The notes beneath the pieces are model-generated. The model worked only from the letters and a program-made list of their open reading frames with translations. It had not been told where the DNA came from and did no database searches. A DNA stretch of 64,000 nucleotides from NCBI GenBank assembly GCA_963814495.1, contig CAWFDJ010000016.1, forward strand, positions 96,665 through 160,664, written 5' to 3'. This stretch comes from an uncultured bacterium. GTDB lineage: Bacteria > Actinomycetota > Geothermincolia > Geothermincolales > Geothermincolaceae. Made by a program: the position numbers and the translations under genes. Numbering within the stretch: position 1 is the first letter of the stretch; each line of letters opens with the position of its first letter. Positions 49,857 through 61,132 of this stretch are shown here, one piece after another.

Positions 49857-50804
49857 ATGTCGGTAGTGGCTGTCACCGGTTGTTCTGGTTACATCGGGTC
49901 CCGCCTGATGCGCTTCCTCGAGGAGAGCGACAAGGTGTCCCGAGTGGTAGGGGTGGACATCCGGGAAGGTGCGTTCAAGTCCCCGAAGCTGGAGTTCCAC
50001 CGGCTGGACGTGCGCGACCCTTCCCTGAGCGCCATCTTCGCCGGGAGCAAGGTGGAGGTGGTGGTGCACCTGGCCTTCATCGTCAACCCCCTGCACGACG
50101 ACGCCGAGATGCACGACATCGACGTCAACGGCGCCCGCAACGTCATGGCGGCGACGGCGGCCTGCGGCGCCCGGCACCTGGTCATCGCCTCGTCCTCGAC
50201 GGCCTTCGGCGCTTTCCCCGACAACCCCGAGTGGCTGACCGAGAAGGACCACCCCCGCCGCATGCGCAACTACACCTACGCCTCGGACAAGTACGAGGTG
50301 GAGATGGTGGCCCGCCTGTTCTCAGAGGACCACCCGGAGGTGAAGATAGCCGTGGTGCGGCCGTGCATCGTCTACGGGCCCAACGTCGACAACTACATCT
50401 CCCGCTTCGCCGTGCGCATGCCGCTGCTGCCCCGCGTCGGCGACGCCGACCCCGAGATGCAGTTCGTGCACGAGGACGACGTGGCCGAGGTCTTCTCGCG
50501 CGTCGTCGAGCTGGAGGCGGAGGGGTTCTTCCACGCGGCGGGCGAGGGCACCATCCGCGTCACCGAGATCGCCGCCTGGCCGGAAAGCCGGTGGTGAAGC
50601 TGCCCGGCCGGCTGCTCTACCCGGCCATGGACCTTGCTATGGAGGCTGCACGCCCCGCTGATCGAGGGGCCCTCGGGCCTGCTGGACACGCTCCGCTACC
50701 GCTGGACCATCTCCGACGAGGCCACCCGCGCCGCGCTGGGCCTGGGGCCCCGGCGTTCCAGCCGGGAGGTGGTGCAGCTGATGCTGGACACCCACGTGAA
50801 GTAG
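49857..50804 (+). CDS. NAD-dependent epimerase/dehydratase family protein (frameshifts near 50590 and 50640)
   Basis: RBS GGAGGGAGG. VAVTGCSGYIGSRL (GxxGxxG). YASDKYEVE (YxxxK). Confidence 0.75.
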
Positions 50805-50867
50805 CCGGCGCTCTTCCTGTAACATGGGAGGGCAGTGGTCCGGCAGCCTGGACGAAGGGAGGTCCCC

Positions 50868-51368
50868 ATGAAGGTCCTGGTGACTTATTACACGCAGACC
50901 GGCAACACGCGGCAGGTGGCGGAGGCCATCCACGAGGTCGTGACCTGTGAGAAGGCCATCGCGCCCATAAGCGAGCTCGCGGACCTGGAGGGGTACGACC
51001 TGGTCTTCTACGGTTTCCCCATCCAGGCCGGAAACCCCGCCAAGGACGCCGCCGAGTTCTTCAGCGGCAAGGCAGCGGGCAAGAAGGTCGCGCTGTTCAT
51101 CACCCACGGGGCGCCCGAGGACGCGGAGCGCGTAGGCCCCTGGCTGGAGGGGGCGCGGGAGCTGGCCTCCTCGGCGGGCGCGGAACTCGTGGGCTTGTTC
51201 GACTGCCAGGGCGAGGCGTCGCAGCAGATAGTCGACTTCCTGCTCTCAAGCGACAACCCCGAGCTGCAGATGTACGGCCGGGAAGCGGCCGTCGCCAAGG
51301 GGCTCCCGGACGGGGCCCGCCTGGAGAAGGCCCGCGAATACGCCCGGGAGGTCCTGGCGCAACTCTAA
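50868..51368 (+). CDS. Flavodoxin family protein (intact)
   Basis: MKVLVTYYTQTGNTRQVAEAI after GGAGG. Confidence 0.75.
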   Translation: MKVLVTYYTQTGNTRQVAEAIHEVVTCEKAIAPISELADLEGYDLVFYGFPIQAGNPAKDAAEFFSGKAAGKKVALFITHGAPEDAERVGPWLEGARELASSAGAELVGLFDCQGEASQQIVDFLLSSDNPELQMYGREAAVAKGLPDGARLEKAREYAREVLAQL

Positions 51369-51410
51369 CGCCACCGGGTTTGCCGGAGAGGCCCTGTCTC
51401 GAATATAAAA

Positions 51411-51429
51411 AGCCCGGCGTCACCGGGCT
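51411..51429 (-). terminator. Terminator of tRNA-Ser(GGA)
   Basis: AGCCCGG-cgtca-CCGGGCT. On the minus strand it is followed by TTTTTATATT. Confidence 0.6.
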
Positions 51430-51436
51430 GTCATAC

Positions 51437-51530
51437 TGGCGGAAGGGGTGGGATTCGAACCCACGAGGCATGTCACCACACCCACACGATTTCCAGTCGT
51501 GCTCCTTAGGCCATACTCGGACACCCTTCC
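51437..51530 (-). tRNA. tRNA-Ser (anticodon GGA), CCA encoded
   Basis: GGAAGGGTGTCCGAGTATGG...CACGA-CTGGAAA-TCGTG, a long variable arm, ...GGGTTCGAATCCCACCCCTTCCGCCA. Confidence 0.9.
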
Positions 51531-51644
51531 AATCGTGCACAGTGTAGTTTACCACAATCCTCGCCGCGAGGTTTCGCCAGCGGCGGCGGCTGGTGATATA
51601 ATCAGCTTGCTGGCGGGCTGTTCTTCAAAGCGGGAGGTGAGGGC

Positions 51645-52052
51645 TTGATACCTTTCATCGAGAAGCGGCTGCGGACCCTGGTCCCGGTGTTCATCCAACC
51701 GGTGGAGGGACTGCCTCCCGTCGACCCCGACCAGGTGGTCTCCTTCGTCGACGAATACCTGGGCACGGGCATGCCGGAGTTCCGCCCCCTCTACTACACC
51801 TTCATCCTGGTGCTGGACGGGCTGTGCCTGCTGCGCCGCGGCAGGCCCCTCGCGCGCCTGGCGCCGGGCCAGGCCGTGGACTTCCTGGAGTCGGTCTACG
51901 CGAGCCGCCTGTCCGGGCTGCGGGCCATCCCTTCCCTGCTGGGCATGCCCATCTTCATGGCCCATTACGAGCGCGACGACATCCAGCCCCTGCTGGGCTT
52001 CGACGTCGATACCCTGAGGCAGGAAGCGGCGCAGCGGGGGGTGGAACGGTGA
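51645..52052 (+). CDS. Small hypothetical protein, translationally coupled to the GMC oxidoreductase
   Basis: 135-aa ORF (TTG start in the ORF track). Its TGA overlaps GTG 52049 of the next gene. Confidence 0.45.
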   Translation: MIPFIEKRLRTLVPVFIQPVEGLPPVDPDQVVSFVDEYLGTGMPEFRPLYYTFILVLDGLCLLRRGRPLARLAPGQAVDFLESVYASRLSGLRAIPSLLGMPIFMAHYERDDIQPLLGFDVDTLRQEAAQRGVER

Positions 52053-53573
52053 TCGTCCGGCCGGAGCAGCTGGGCGGGGACGTGGGGCGCTCCGCCGACG
52101 TGGTCATCATCGGCTCGGGGGCGGGGGGCGGCGTGACCGCCAAGGAGCTGGCGCAGGCCGGCTACTCGGTCATCGTCCTGGAGGAGGGCGGCTACTACAC
52201 CCGCGAGGACTTCGACTTCCGCCCGGCCCGCGCCTTCATGCGCTTCTACCGCGAGGCGGGCCAGACCATCACCCTGGGCCTGCCGGTGGTCCTGCTGCCC
52301 CAGGGAAAGACGGTGGGCGGCACCACCACCATCAACTCCGGCACCTGCCTGCGCATCCACCGCCACATCCTCAAGCGCTGGCACCTGGAGTCCGGCCTGA
52401 CCGAGCTGGCCGAGACCGAGCTCAACCTGCTCTACGCGGCGGTGGAGGAGTACCTCTTCGTCAAGCGGGCGGAGCGGGACGTGGTGGGGCGCAACGCCCT
52501 GCTCTTCCTGGAGACGGCCTGGCGCCTGGGCTACTCCGGCGGCTACCTCCCCCGCAACGCCAAGGACTGCGAGGGGTACGGGGTGTGCGCCTTCGGGTGC
52601 CCCTCCGGGGCCAAGCAGAGCGTCAACGTCTCCTACATCCCGGACGCGGTGGCGGCGGGGGCCGACGTCTACACCCACTGCCGGGTGGACCGCATCGTGA
52701 CGCAGGGGCGGGCGGGCGACCGGGGTGCGCGGCCACTTCGTCGACCCGGTGAGCGGGCGGCGGCGGGGTGCCATCGAGGTGGAGGCGCGCGTGACCGTGC
52801 TGGCGGGAGGGGCCATCCAGTCGCCCAACCTGCTGCTGCGCAACCGGCTGTGCGGGGGTTCCGGGCAGCTGGGCGCCAACCTCTCCATCCACCCCTGCAC
52901 CGGCACCACCGCCGTCCTGGACGAGGTGCTGGGCAACCCCAAGGGCATCCCCCAGTCCACCTACGTGGACGAGTTCGCCCCCGACGGCATCATGCTGGAG
53001 GGCGGCACCATCTCCCCCGGCGTCTTCGCCTTCTCCATGCCCTGGGGCGGGCGGCGCCACGCCCGGGCCATGGCCGGCTACCCGCGCACCGGCATCTTCG
53101 GGGCCATGATCAGCGAGCACGACTCGGTGGGGCGGGTGCTTCCCGGCACCACGGCGTCCCGTCCCCTGGTCCTCTACAGGATGGGGCGGGAGGACATCGA
53201 GCGCCTGAAGCGGGCGGTGATCCTCTCGGCGGAGATCTGGTTCGCCGCCGGGGCCCGGCACGTGGAGACCATCTTCAACGGCTTCCGGGAGATGGGCCCG
53301 CGCGACCTCTCCCGCCTGGTGCACACGCGGGTGCGGCCGGCCGACATCTACGGGCTCTCCGCCTACCACCCCATGGGCACCTGCCGCATGGGAAGCGACC
53401 CGGACTGGTCGGTGGTCAGGCCCACCGGCGAGGCCTGGGAGGTGGAGGACCTCTTCGTCTGCGACGCCAGCATCCTGCCGACCTCGCTGGGGGTCAACCC
53501 GCAGCTGACGGTGATGGCCCTGGCCACCCGCATCGCCGGCTGCATCGACGACCGCCTGGAAGCGAAAAAGTGA
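52049..53573 (+). CDS. GMC-family FAD-dependent oxidoreductase (frameshift near 52715)
   Basis: ADVVIIGSGAGGGVTAKELAQAGYSVIVLEEG and C-terminal YHPMGTCRMG. Confidence 0.8.
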
Positions 53574-53580
53574 CGAAATA

Positions 53581-53603
53581 GTGATGGTGCCTGGCACCAT
53601 CAC
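53581..53603. repeat. Palindrome GTGATGGTGCCTGGCACCATCAC (family copy 2)
   Basis: Perfect 11-1-11 palindrome, 8 nt after the GMC stop. Confidence 0.7.
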
Positions 53604-53755
53604 ATCTGACCGGTGAGTCATTATCTCTTGCCGATATCTTCCATTTCCTGGAATTCGGAGTATAATCTATATAAGGCAAGGCTGCTGTTCGCCCACAAAG
53701 AACTCTCACGAACCCTACTTCGATGGTGACGCGTATGTCGATGCGAGGAGGAGTC

Positions 53756-55937
53756 ATGAGAAGGTCCCTTATCCCCCTGACCTTGGCGTGCGCGCTGTTG
53801 CTCGCCTTGAGCCTGCTCAGCGGCTGCTACCAGCCCGGCGGGCCGGTGCCGGAGGACCCCCACCCGGCGGCCGCCCGCGCCTGGACCACCGCCGAGGTGG
53901 ACGCGGCCGTCCAGGTCACGCAGGAGTCGATCTACTCTCCCCTGCCGCGGACCAGCGGCACTCCCCCCTCCGAGATGGACTACGTCAAGTACCTCCGCTT
54001 CCGCCCGAAGGGCGACGTGGAGCCCGACGCCGTCCTGCTGCTCATGCCCGGCTTCATGTGCGGGGCCGACGTCTTCGACTACCTGGGCCGGCAGCTGGTG
54101 TACATGGCACAGCGGGAGGGGCGCGGCAACGTCGAGGTGTGGGCGGTGGAGTGGCGCTCCAACCGGCTGGAGGACCTCACCGGCCTGAACGCGGCGGAGG
54201 CCGCGGGCGACACCGACGTCGCCATCGACTACTACTACAACGGGGCCAGCCTCGACGGCCGCACCTTCCAAGGCTTCGTCAAGAGCGAAGAGGCCCCCTG
54301 GGTCTCCGAGGTGGGGATGGAGCTGGCCATGCGGGACATCTACACGGTGATCACCACCAACGTGCCCGACCCGGTGGAGCGGCGGGCCAAGGTCTTCGTG
54401 GGCGGCCACTCCCTGGGCGGCTTCCTCACCGCCGCCTTCGCCGGCTGGGACTTCGACGGCGACCCGGCCACCATCGAGGACGCCGGCTTCCGCAACTGCG
54501 CCGGCTTCGTGGCGCTGGACACGGTGATCAAGTCCATGAAGGAGATGCTCGACCCCATCCTCGACATGCTCCCGGCGGACCTCCACTCCGGCCTCGACAC
54601 GATGGTGGAGGACTCCTACGCCGGCATGGTCGAGGGCATGCGCCAGGGGTACTTCCCGCGCATCCTGCCCATGCCCGCCATCACCCCCGAAGGCTTCATG
54701 CTCATGGAGCTGATGGGCATGGAGGCGGTGTGGGCGCCGGACCAGCAGTCCACCCTGATGCAGCGCGCCCCCTACTCCCTCGACGTCGACTTCCTCACCA
54801 AGCTGCTCCAGTCGCGGGACCTGGAGCACTACCTGATGCACATCCCGGGCATCCGGGACTACCGCTTCACCAACGAGGCGCTGCTGGGCGGGCTGCTGGA
54901 CGACAACTTCATGCCCATCTCCATCATGCAGTCGAGCACCGGCTTCCTGAGCGGCGGGCCCGTGGTGGAGAAGGACTTCCCGCTCCCCAGCGACCTGGCC
55001 AACATCCCCGGGTCTGTCCGAGCTCATCGGGTCCCTGATAGCCCTGGAGAACATGTACATCCCCTGGGACGCCGGCCCCTCCATGTACGAGATGGGACAG
55101 GGGCCGCTGTACAGCTGGACCAACTTCGACGAGATCAGCGCGGGGACGGACACCACTTACACCGACACCACCGGGCAGGTCGCCTACACCGAGCAGGTCA
55201 CCGAGGTCACGGACATCGCCGACTTCGCCCGCACCCTCTACTCCGGGCCCACCAACTTCTTCGACTGGTACTTCTCCATGCGCCTGATCGTGGACATGCT
55301 GGCGGTGAACTTCCCCTGGGGGCCGGAGTACGGCCTCGACTTCATCCACGGCGACCACGTGGGCGACCTTCCCAAGATCGAGGTGATCGCCCAGGACGGG
55401 GCCTTCACCATGATGACCAACCTCTACCCCAGCGACGACTACGTGATGTGCGAAGGCTACAACCACGTGGACGTGCTCACCGCGGCGGCGGACCGGCCGG
55501 GCCTGCGGCCCAGCGAGGTGCTGCCGCCCCTGCTGGACTTCCTCTTCGCCAACCTGGGCAACAACCCGCCGGCGCCCCCGGCCGGGGCGGGTTCCACCCG
55601 GGTGGAGACGCCGGACGTCGCCGACGTGACCACCGTGGCGGACCCGTCAGACCCCTACTACACGCTGCGCCTGTTCAACGCCGCCCTCGTGCGGGACCCC
55701 CTGAGCGTCGACACCTACCTGATGCGGGCGGGGTGCTACTACGGGCTGGCCGACTACTGGGCGGCAGCGGCCGACTGCACCACCGCCGTCCGCCTGGACG
55801 CCGGGCGGGCCGACGCCTACCTGCTGCGCGGCAGGTGCTACGAGAAACTGGGGGACGAACGGGGCGCTGACGCCGACTTCCGCAAGGTGCTCGAGCTCGA
55901 CCCCGGCAACCCCGAGGCCCAGGCCGAGCTGCAGTAA
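53756..55937 (+). CDS. Secreted lipoprotein: alpha/beta-hydrolase-like domain plus C-terminal TPR (frameshift near 55020)
   Basis: RBS GAGGAGGAG. Lipobox LLSGC. Nucleophile elbow GGHSLGG. TPR tail AYLLRGRCYEKLGDERGADADFRKVLELDPGNPEA. Confidence 0.65.
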
Positions 55938-55953
55938 CGGTGCCTGGCACCGT
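55937..55953. repeat. Palindrome ACGGTGCCTGGCACCGT (family copy 3), immediately before a TGTATAAT promoter
   Basis: Overlaps the stop codon of the upstream gene and shares the GGTGCCTGGCACC centre. Confidence 0.65.
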
Positions 55954-55966
55954 GTATAATAGCCGC

Positions 55967-57218
55967 ATGAAAGAAACTGCCGTGAGCCGAGGCCCGTCGC
56001 AGCGGGTACTCTCCATCGACATCCTGCGGGGGGGCGCCCTCATCGGCATGGTCATGGTCCACTTCATGATCTTCTTCGGCAACGACGGGGCCGTCGATTC
56101 CTGGCCCTACTTCCTCCTCAATCACATCCTGGGGGACTGGGGGGCCGCCTGCTTCCTGATGATGATGGGCATGAGCCAGGTGCTCAGCTGGCAGAAGCAC
56201 GCCGAGCTGGACGAGATGCTCCTCTTCAAGCGGGCCCTCATCCGCGGCACCTACATCTTCCTGGTGGGCCTGCTGATGCTCGCCCTGGCCTGGGGGCCCT
56301 ACCAGATATGGCAGTGGGACATCCTCACCCTGATGGGCGTCTGCACCGTCCTGGTCTTCCTCTGCCGCAAGCTGCCGTCGTGGCTCATCCTGTTACTGGT
56401 CGCGGCCATGGCCATCTGCATGCCCTGGCTGCGCGGGGGCCTCAACTTCGACGCGGTGTGGGGCGGGGACTTCATGCAGGTGCCGGTGATCTCCCGTTAC
56501 TTCCCCGGCATCCTCATCGACCCGGTCAAGGACTACGAGGTGATCTGGAACTTCAAGGACATCGTGCAGGGCTTCTTCCTGGCCGGTTACTTCCCGGTGG
56601 TCCCCTGGTCGCTCTTCCCGCTGCTGGGCGTGGTGCTGGGCCGGCGCGTCGTCTCCGGCAAGATGCGCCGCGACCTGCCCTGGCTGGTGATGGCGGGCAT
56701 CGGCCTCGCGGGCCTGGGCCTGGGACTGGCCTATGCCGGCACCTATCGGCCGGAGTCGTCCATCATCAACGGGTTCGTCACCCCCTTGAGCTTCTACCCC
56801 GACTCCTTCACCATGATCCTCTTCCAGACGGGCATGGCGCTGACCATCTTCGGCCTCCTCTTCTACTTCTTCGACGTCCGCAGGCGGACCAGGCACGAGG
56901 CGGGCCGGGTCATGACCATCCTCAACCGCACCAGCGGTTTCTCCCTCTACCTTCTACTTCATGCACTACATGCTCATCGGCTGGACCCTGGCGGTGGTCT
57001 GGTTCATCACCGGCAAGTACTACATCACCGACCTGATGGGCTCCATCCCCGCCCTGCTCTGCGGTATCGCGGGGGTGACGCTGCTGGAGGCCATCCTCTA
57101 CTTCTGGGAGAAGCGGCGCGGCAAGTACAGCCTGGAGTGGTTCCTGGGCATGATCACCATCGCCCTGACCGGCAGCAAAGAGGAGAAGGCCCGCGCCGGG
57201 GCCCCGGCGAAAGACTGA
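55967..57218 (+). CDS. DUF1624 / heparan-alpha-glucosaminide N-acetyltransferase-like membrane protein (frameshift near 56945)
   Basis: LSIDILRGGALIGMVMVHF and about 10 TM segments. TGTATAAT (55953-55960) is followed 6 nt later by ATG 55967, which is leaderless geometry. Confidence 0.6.
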
Positions 57219-57337
57219 GCCTTAAGGCCCGTTGGCCGCTTCGCGATGGGACCGGCCGTCGGTTTGCAACATACCACCCTCTGGGACGATAATTAACATG
57301 AATGGGCCATATTTCCGAAAAGACGGAGGTGTTCGGC

Positions 57338-60300
57338 ATGTCCCTTATTTCCTGCAAACCCTTAAGAGCATTGGTCATCGTCCTGCTCTGCGCCCTGGTG
57401 GCCGCGCCCCTGGCCGCCTGGCGCCCGCCCCGGGCAGAAGCGGCGGCGGACACCAGGGGTTACAAGGCCGAGGCCACCATGGAGGAGTGCGAGGTCTGGT
57501 TCCTGGCGGAGGGCTACACCGGGGGCGATTTCGACACCTGGGTGCTGGTGCAGAACCCGGGCGAGGTGGACTCCGAAGTGACCTTGAAGTTTCAACTGCC
57601 CCCCGGAGCTTCCGCGGGGGACTACGTCTTCGACCTGCCCGCGGGCACCCGGCAGTCCATCCACCTGGACGAGCTGCCCGGACTGGAGGCCACCGACGTC
57701 TCCACCACGGTGGTGGCCACCGAGCCGGTGGTGGCCGAGCGGGCTATGTACTTCAACTACAACGGCAAGCCGGGAGGCCACGACTCGGTTGGCATCAAGT
57801 ACCCGGCCAGCCTGTGGTACCTGGCCGAGGGGTACACCGGTGGGGACTTCGACACCTGGGTGCTGGTGCAGAACCCGGGAGCCGCGGATACCACCGTGAC
57901 CCTGGACTTCCAACTCCCCCCGGGGGCTTCGGCCGAGCCCTACACCTTCGACCTGCCCGGGGGCACCCGCCGCTCCATCCACCTGGACGAACTTCCCGGC
58001 CTGGAAGCCACCGACGTCTCCACCAGGGTCTCCAGCCCCATCCCGGTGGTGGCGGAGCGGGCCATGTACTTCAACTACGATAACCGGATCACCGGCGGCT
58101 CCGACTCCTGCGGGCTGTCCACCTCCTCCGACAGGTGGTTCCTGGCCGAGGGCTACACCGGGGGCGATTTCGACACCTGGGTGCTGGTGCAGAACCCTGG
58201 CACCACGGACACCACCGTTACCCTGGACTTCCAGCTTCCGCCGGGCAACTCGGCGGATCCCTACGCCTTCAATCTGCCCGCCGGCACCCGCCAGTCCGTC
58301 CACCTGGACGACCTGCCCGGTCTGGGGGCTACCGACGTCTCCACCACCGTCACCGCCACCAAACCGGTGGTGGCGGAGCGGGCCATGTACTTCAACTACG
58401 AAGGTAGGGTGGACGGCCACGACTCCATCGGCGCCAGCGACCCCCAATGCGACTGGTACCTGGCGGAGGGCTACACCGGGGGCGAGTTCGACACCTGGGT
58501 GCTGGTGCAGAACCCCGGTGAGACGGAGAAGACGGTCACCCTCCACTTCCAGCTGCCTCCGGGCTCGGCCGCCGACGACTACACATTCAAGCTGCCGGCC
58601 GGCACCCGCCAGTCCGTCCACCTGGACCTGCTGCCGGGGCTGGAGTCCACCGACGTCTCCACCTGGGTGGACTCGGACGGCCCGGTGGTGGTGGAGCGGG
58701 CGGAGTACTTCAACTACGAGGGCAAGGGGGGCGGCCACTGCTCCATCGGCGCCCTCTACGAGTCGGTACTCATCTACTCCACCACCAAGGTGCTCGAGGC
58801 GGGCGACACCCAGTACCTGGTGAGCGACGACATCCCCGCGGACGGTAAGCGGGTCCTCGTCTTCAGTCAGACCACCCCCAACCTCTCAAACGTCGAACGG
58901 GGTGACGTGGTGGTCTTCGGGCCCTGCGCCCTCGTCCCCGGGGGGCTCATGGGCAGGGTGGACGAACTGTCTACCGGCGGCACGGTGGTGATGACCCTGG
59001 GCCCCGCCGGCCTGGAGGAGGCCATCGTGCGCGGCCGTATCAACTCGGCGGGCGCCGCGGCCGCCGCGGCCGCCGGCTACAAGGACATCAACCCGTTCCC
59101 CCTGCACTTCGAGGACACCATCACCGCCAACACCTCGGTGGGTTCGGCCCCCAACTACATTGATATAACGGGCTCGGTGCACGTCGACTTCACCATGGAC
59201 TTCGCCATCGATATCGACTGCCAGCTGCCGGATTTCGACTGGGTGGCGCACAAGGGCTGGTTCGGGGTCACTTACTACACCCTGGACGTAACCCCGCCCT
59301 CGGTCGAACTGAAGAGCATGTCCTTCGGCGCCTCCTTCACTGAGGACATCGCGGTGGACATCACCACCCACGGGGACCTCACCATCAGCGAGCGCGAGGA
59401 TATCCCGGGCACCGAGGTCTTCCTGCCCGAGACGGGCATCAACTTCGCCATCGGCCCGGTGCCGGTGAGCCTGTGGCCGTACGTCAAGCTCATCGTGGGG
59501 GTGGACGGGCAGGTCCACGCCGACCTCACCGCCGGCGTGACCCAGCACGGGGGCTTTTCGGCCGGCGTCGCCTACGACAGCGGCACCGGCTGGGGGGACC
59601 CCACCTCGAGCAGCGAGTTCTCCTACGAGTTCCGGACCCCCAACGACGACAACTCCTTCGTCCAGTCCAGCATCCAGGTAGGGATCGGCCCCCAGATCGG
59701 CATCCTCTTCTACCACGTGGCCGGCCCCTACATCAACGTCCTGCCCGGCCTCAAGCTGACCCTGGACACCGACGCAGGGCATCCTGGCAACATGCTCTGG
59801 GCCATCTACATAACCTTCGACGTGGAACTGGGGGTGCAGGTGGGCCTGGAAATAGAAGACCCCTTCGATTGGGGTTTCGAGTGGAGCTTCGAGCTCTTAG
59901 ACGAATCCTGGACAGTCTTCGAGGAGGACTGGTTACTGGTGAACAAAGTGGTCATATACTCCCTCACTCCCACCGAGGGGAGTGCGGGGGACGAGGTGAC
60001 CGTCGACGGCTGGGGCTTTGGGGGTTCTCGCCAGAACGACTCCCGCGTCCTCTTCGCTTCCACCCGGGCGCCCGACGGCGGCTATACGAAGTGGACGAAC
60101 ACCCAGATCAAGTGCAAGGTGCCGACGGGTGTCGGTGGGACCGTGACCGTGAAGGTCACCAGGATCTTTCATAGATGGGACATCGGGGGGGTGGCCATCA
60201 CCATCTCCAAAAATTCCAACGGCTTGCCCTTCACGGTCACCGGCGGCGGGACCGGCGGGGCGGGCACCTGGGACCCGCAGACTTCGGGGACCACGGAACA

Positions 60301-61081
60301 CGTCTACGGGGTCTCGGCCCTTGCGGCCAACGACGTCTGGGCGGTGACCACCGCCGGCAGCGCCCTGCACTACAACGGCTCGGCCTGGTCCAGCCAGGCC
60401 ACCGGTACCACCCTCCTCTACGACATCTCCGCCGCGGCCTCCAACCGCGTCTGGGCAGTGGGATACCAGGGGCGCATCCGTTACTACAACGGCTCGTACT
60501 GGGCGGACCAGGCCATCGCCACCACCAACGACTTCCACGGCGTGTACGCGCTGGACCCCACCCACGTCTGGGCGGTGGGGGAAGGCGGCATGATCTACTT
60601 CAACAACGGCAGCGGGTGGTCGTCCCAATCCAGCGGCATTACCGAAGACCTCCACAGTGTCATGGCCGTCGACGCGAGCAACGTCTGGGCGGTGGGCAAC
60701 AACGGGACCGTGCTCTTCAACGGCGGGGGCGGCTGGGGCCAGGTGGCGGGAGCGCCCGCCAACAGCCAGGTGGACGTGTGGACGCTGGGCGTCGACAACA
60801 TCATATCCCTGTGTATAAACCTAAACTTCTACGACAGCGGGGTGTGGACTACTGAGTACTCCGGCCTGTCCGAGGGTCTGGAGTGTGTGGCCGCGCTTTC
60901 TGCGTCTCGCGTCTGGGCGGGCGGCTGGTACGGGTCCATCCGCTTCTGGGACGGCTCCGACTGGACTCCCCAGAGCGTGGCCGACGCCGGCGTGGACATC
61001 CAGGACATCGACATCCTCGACTCCACCCACATGTGGGCGGTGGGAACCGACGGGACCATCCTCTTCAACGACGGCACTTGA
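57338..61081 (+). CDS. Giant secreted surface protein: 4 tandem ~106-aa repeats, central region, IPT/TIG-like domain, WAVG-repeat beta-propeller-like C-terminus (intact)
   Basis: Signal peptide MSLISCKPLRALVIVLLCALVAAPLAA. Four units of W(F/Y)LAEGYTGG(D/E)FDTWVLVQNPG...VVAERAMYFNY. IPT-like VIYSLTPTEGSAGDEVTVDGWGFG. At least 7 units of the (V/M)WAVG..G.i..(F/Y)NG..W type. Confidence 0.8.
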   Translation: MSLISCKPLRALVIVLLCALVAAPLAAWRPPRAEAAADTRGYKAEATMEECEVWFLAEGYTGGDFDTWVLVQNPGEVDSEVTLKFQLPPGASAGDYVFDLPAGTRQSIHLDELPGLEATDVSTTVVATEPVVAERAMYFNYNGKPGGHDSVGIKYPASLWYLAEGYTGGDFDTWVLVQNPGAADTTVTLDFQLPPGASAEPYTFDLPGGTRRSIHLDELPGLEATDVSTRVSSPIPVVAERAMYFNYDNRITGGSDSCGLSTSSDRWFLAEGYTGGDFDTWVLVQNPGTTDTTVTLDFQLPPGNSADPYAFNLPAGTRQSVHLDDLPGLGATDVSTTVTATKPVVAERAMYFNYEGRVDGHDSIGASDPQCDWYLAEGYTGGEFDTWVLVQNPGETEKTVTLHFQLPPGSAADDYTFKLPAGTRQSVHLDLLPGLESTDVSTWVDSDGPVVVERAEYFNYEGKGGGHCSIGALYESVLIYSTTKVLEAGDTQYLVSDDIPADGKRVLVFSQTTPNLSNVERGDVVVFGPCALVPGGLMGRVDELSTGGTVVMTLGPAGLEEAIVRGRINSAGAAAAAAAGYKDINPFPLHFEDTITANTSVGSAPNYIDITGSVHVDFTMDFAIDIDCQLPDFDWVAHKGWFGVTYYTLDVTPPSVELKSMSFGASFTEDIAVDITTHGDLTISEREDIPGTEVFLPETGINFAIGPVPVSLWPYVKLIVGVDGQVHADLTAGVTQHGGFSAGVAYDSGTGWGDPTSSSEFSYEFRTPNDDNSFVQSSIQVGIGPQIGILFYHVAGPYINVLPGLKLTLDTDAGHPGNMLWAIYITFDVELGVQVGLEIEDPFDWGFEWSFELLDESWTVFEEDWLLVNKVVIYSLTPTEGSAGDEVTVDGWGFGGSRQNDSRVLFASTRAPDGGYTKWTNTQIKCKVPTGVGGTVTVKVTRIFHRWDIGGVAITISKNSNGLPFTVTGGGTGGAGTWDPQTSGTTEHVYGVSALAANDVWAVTTAGSALHYNGSAWSSQATGTTLLYDISAAASNRVWAVGYQGRIRYYNGSYWADQAIATTNDFHGVYALDPTHVWAVGEGGMIYFNNGSGWSSQSSGITEDLHSVMAVDASNVWAVGNNGTVLFNGGGGWGQVAGAPANSQVDVWTLGVDNIISLCINLNFYDSGVWTTEYSGLSEGLECVAALSASRVWAGGWYGSIRFWDGSDWTPQSVADAGVDIQDIDILDSTHMWAVGTDGTILFNDGT
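57497..58750 (+). repeat. Four in-frame tandem DNA repeats (period about 318-321 nt) inside the giant gene
   Basis: The W of WFLAEGY recurs at ORF 57302..61081 residues 66, 172, 279 and 385 by hand count. Confidence 0.8.
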
Positions 61082-61097
61082 GCAAGCATAAGAAAAA

Positions 61098-61125
61098 GAC
61101 CCCGGGGCTCACCCGGGGTCTTTTT
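61098..61125. terminator. Bidirectional rho-independent terminator between convergent genes
   Basis: AAAAA-GACCCCGGG-gctca-CCCGGGGTC-TTTTT. Confidence 0.85.
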
Positions 61126-61132
61126 CTTGAAT

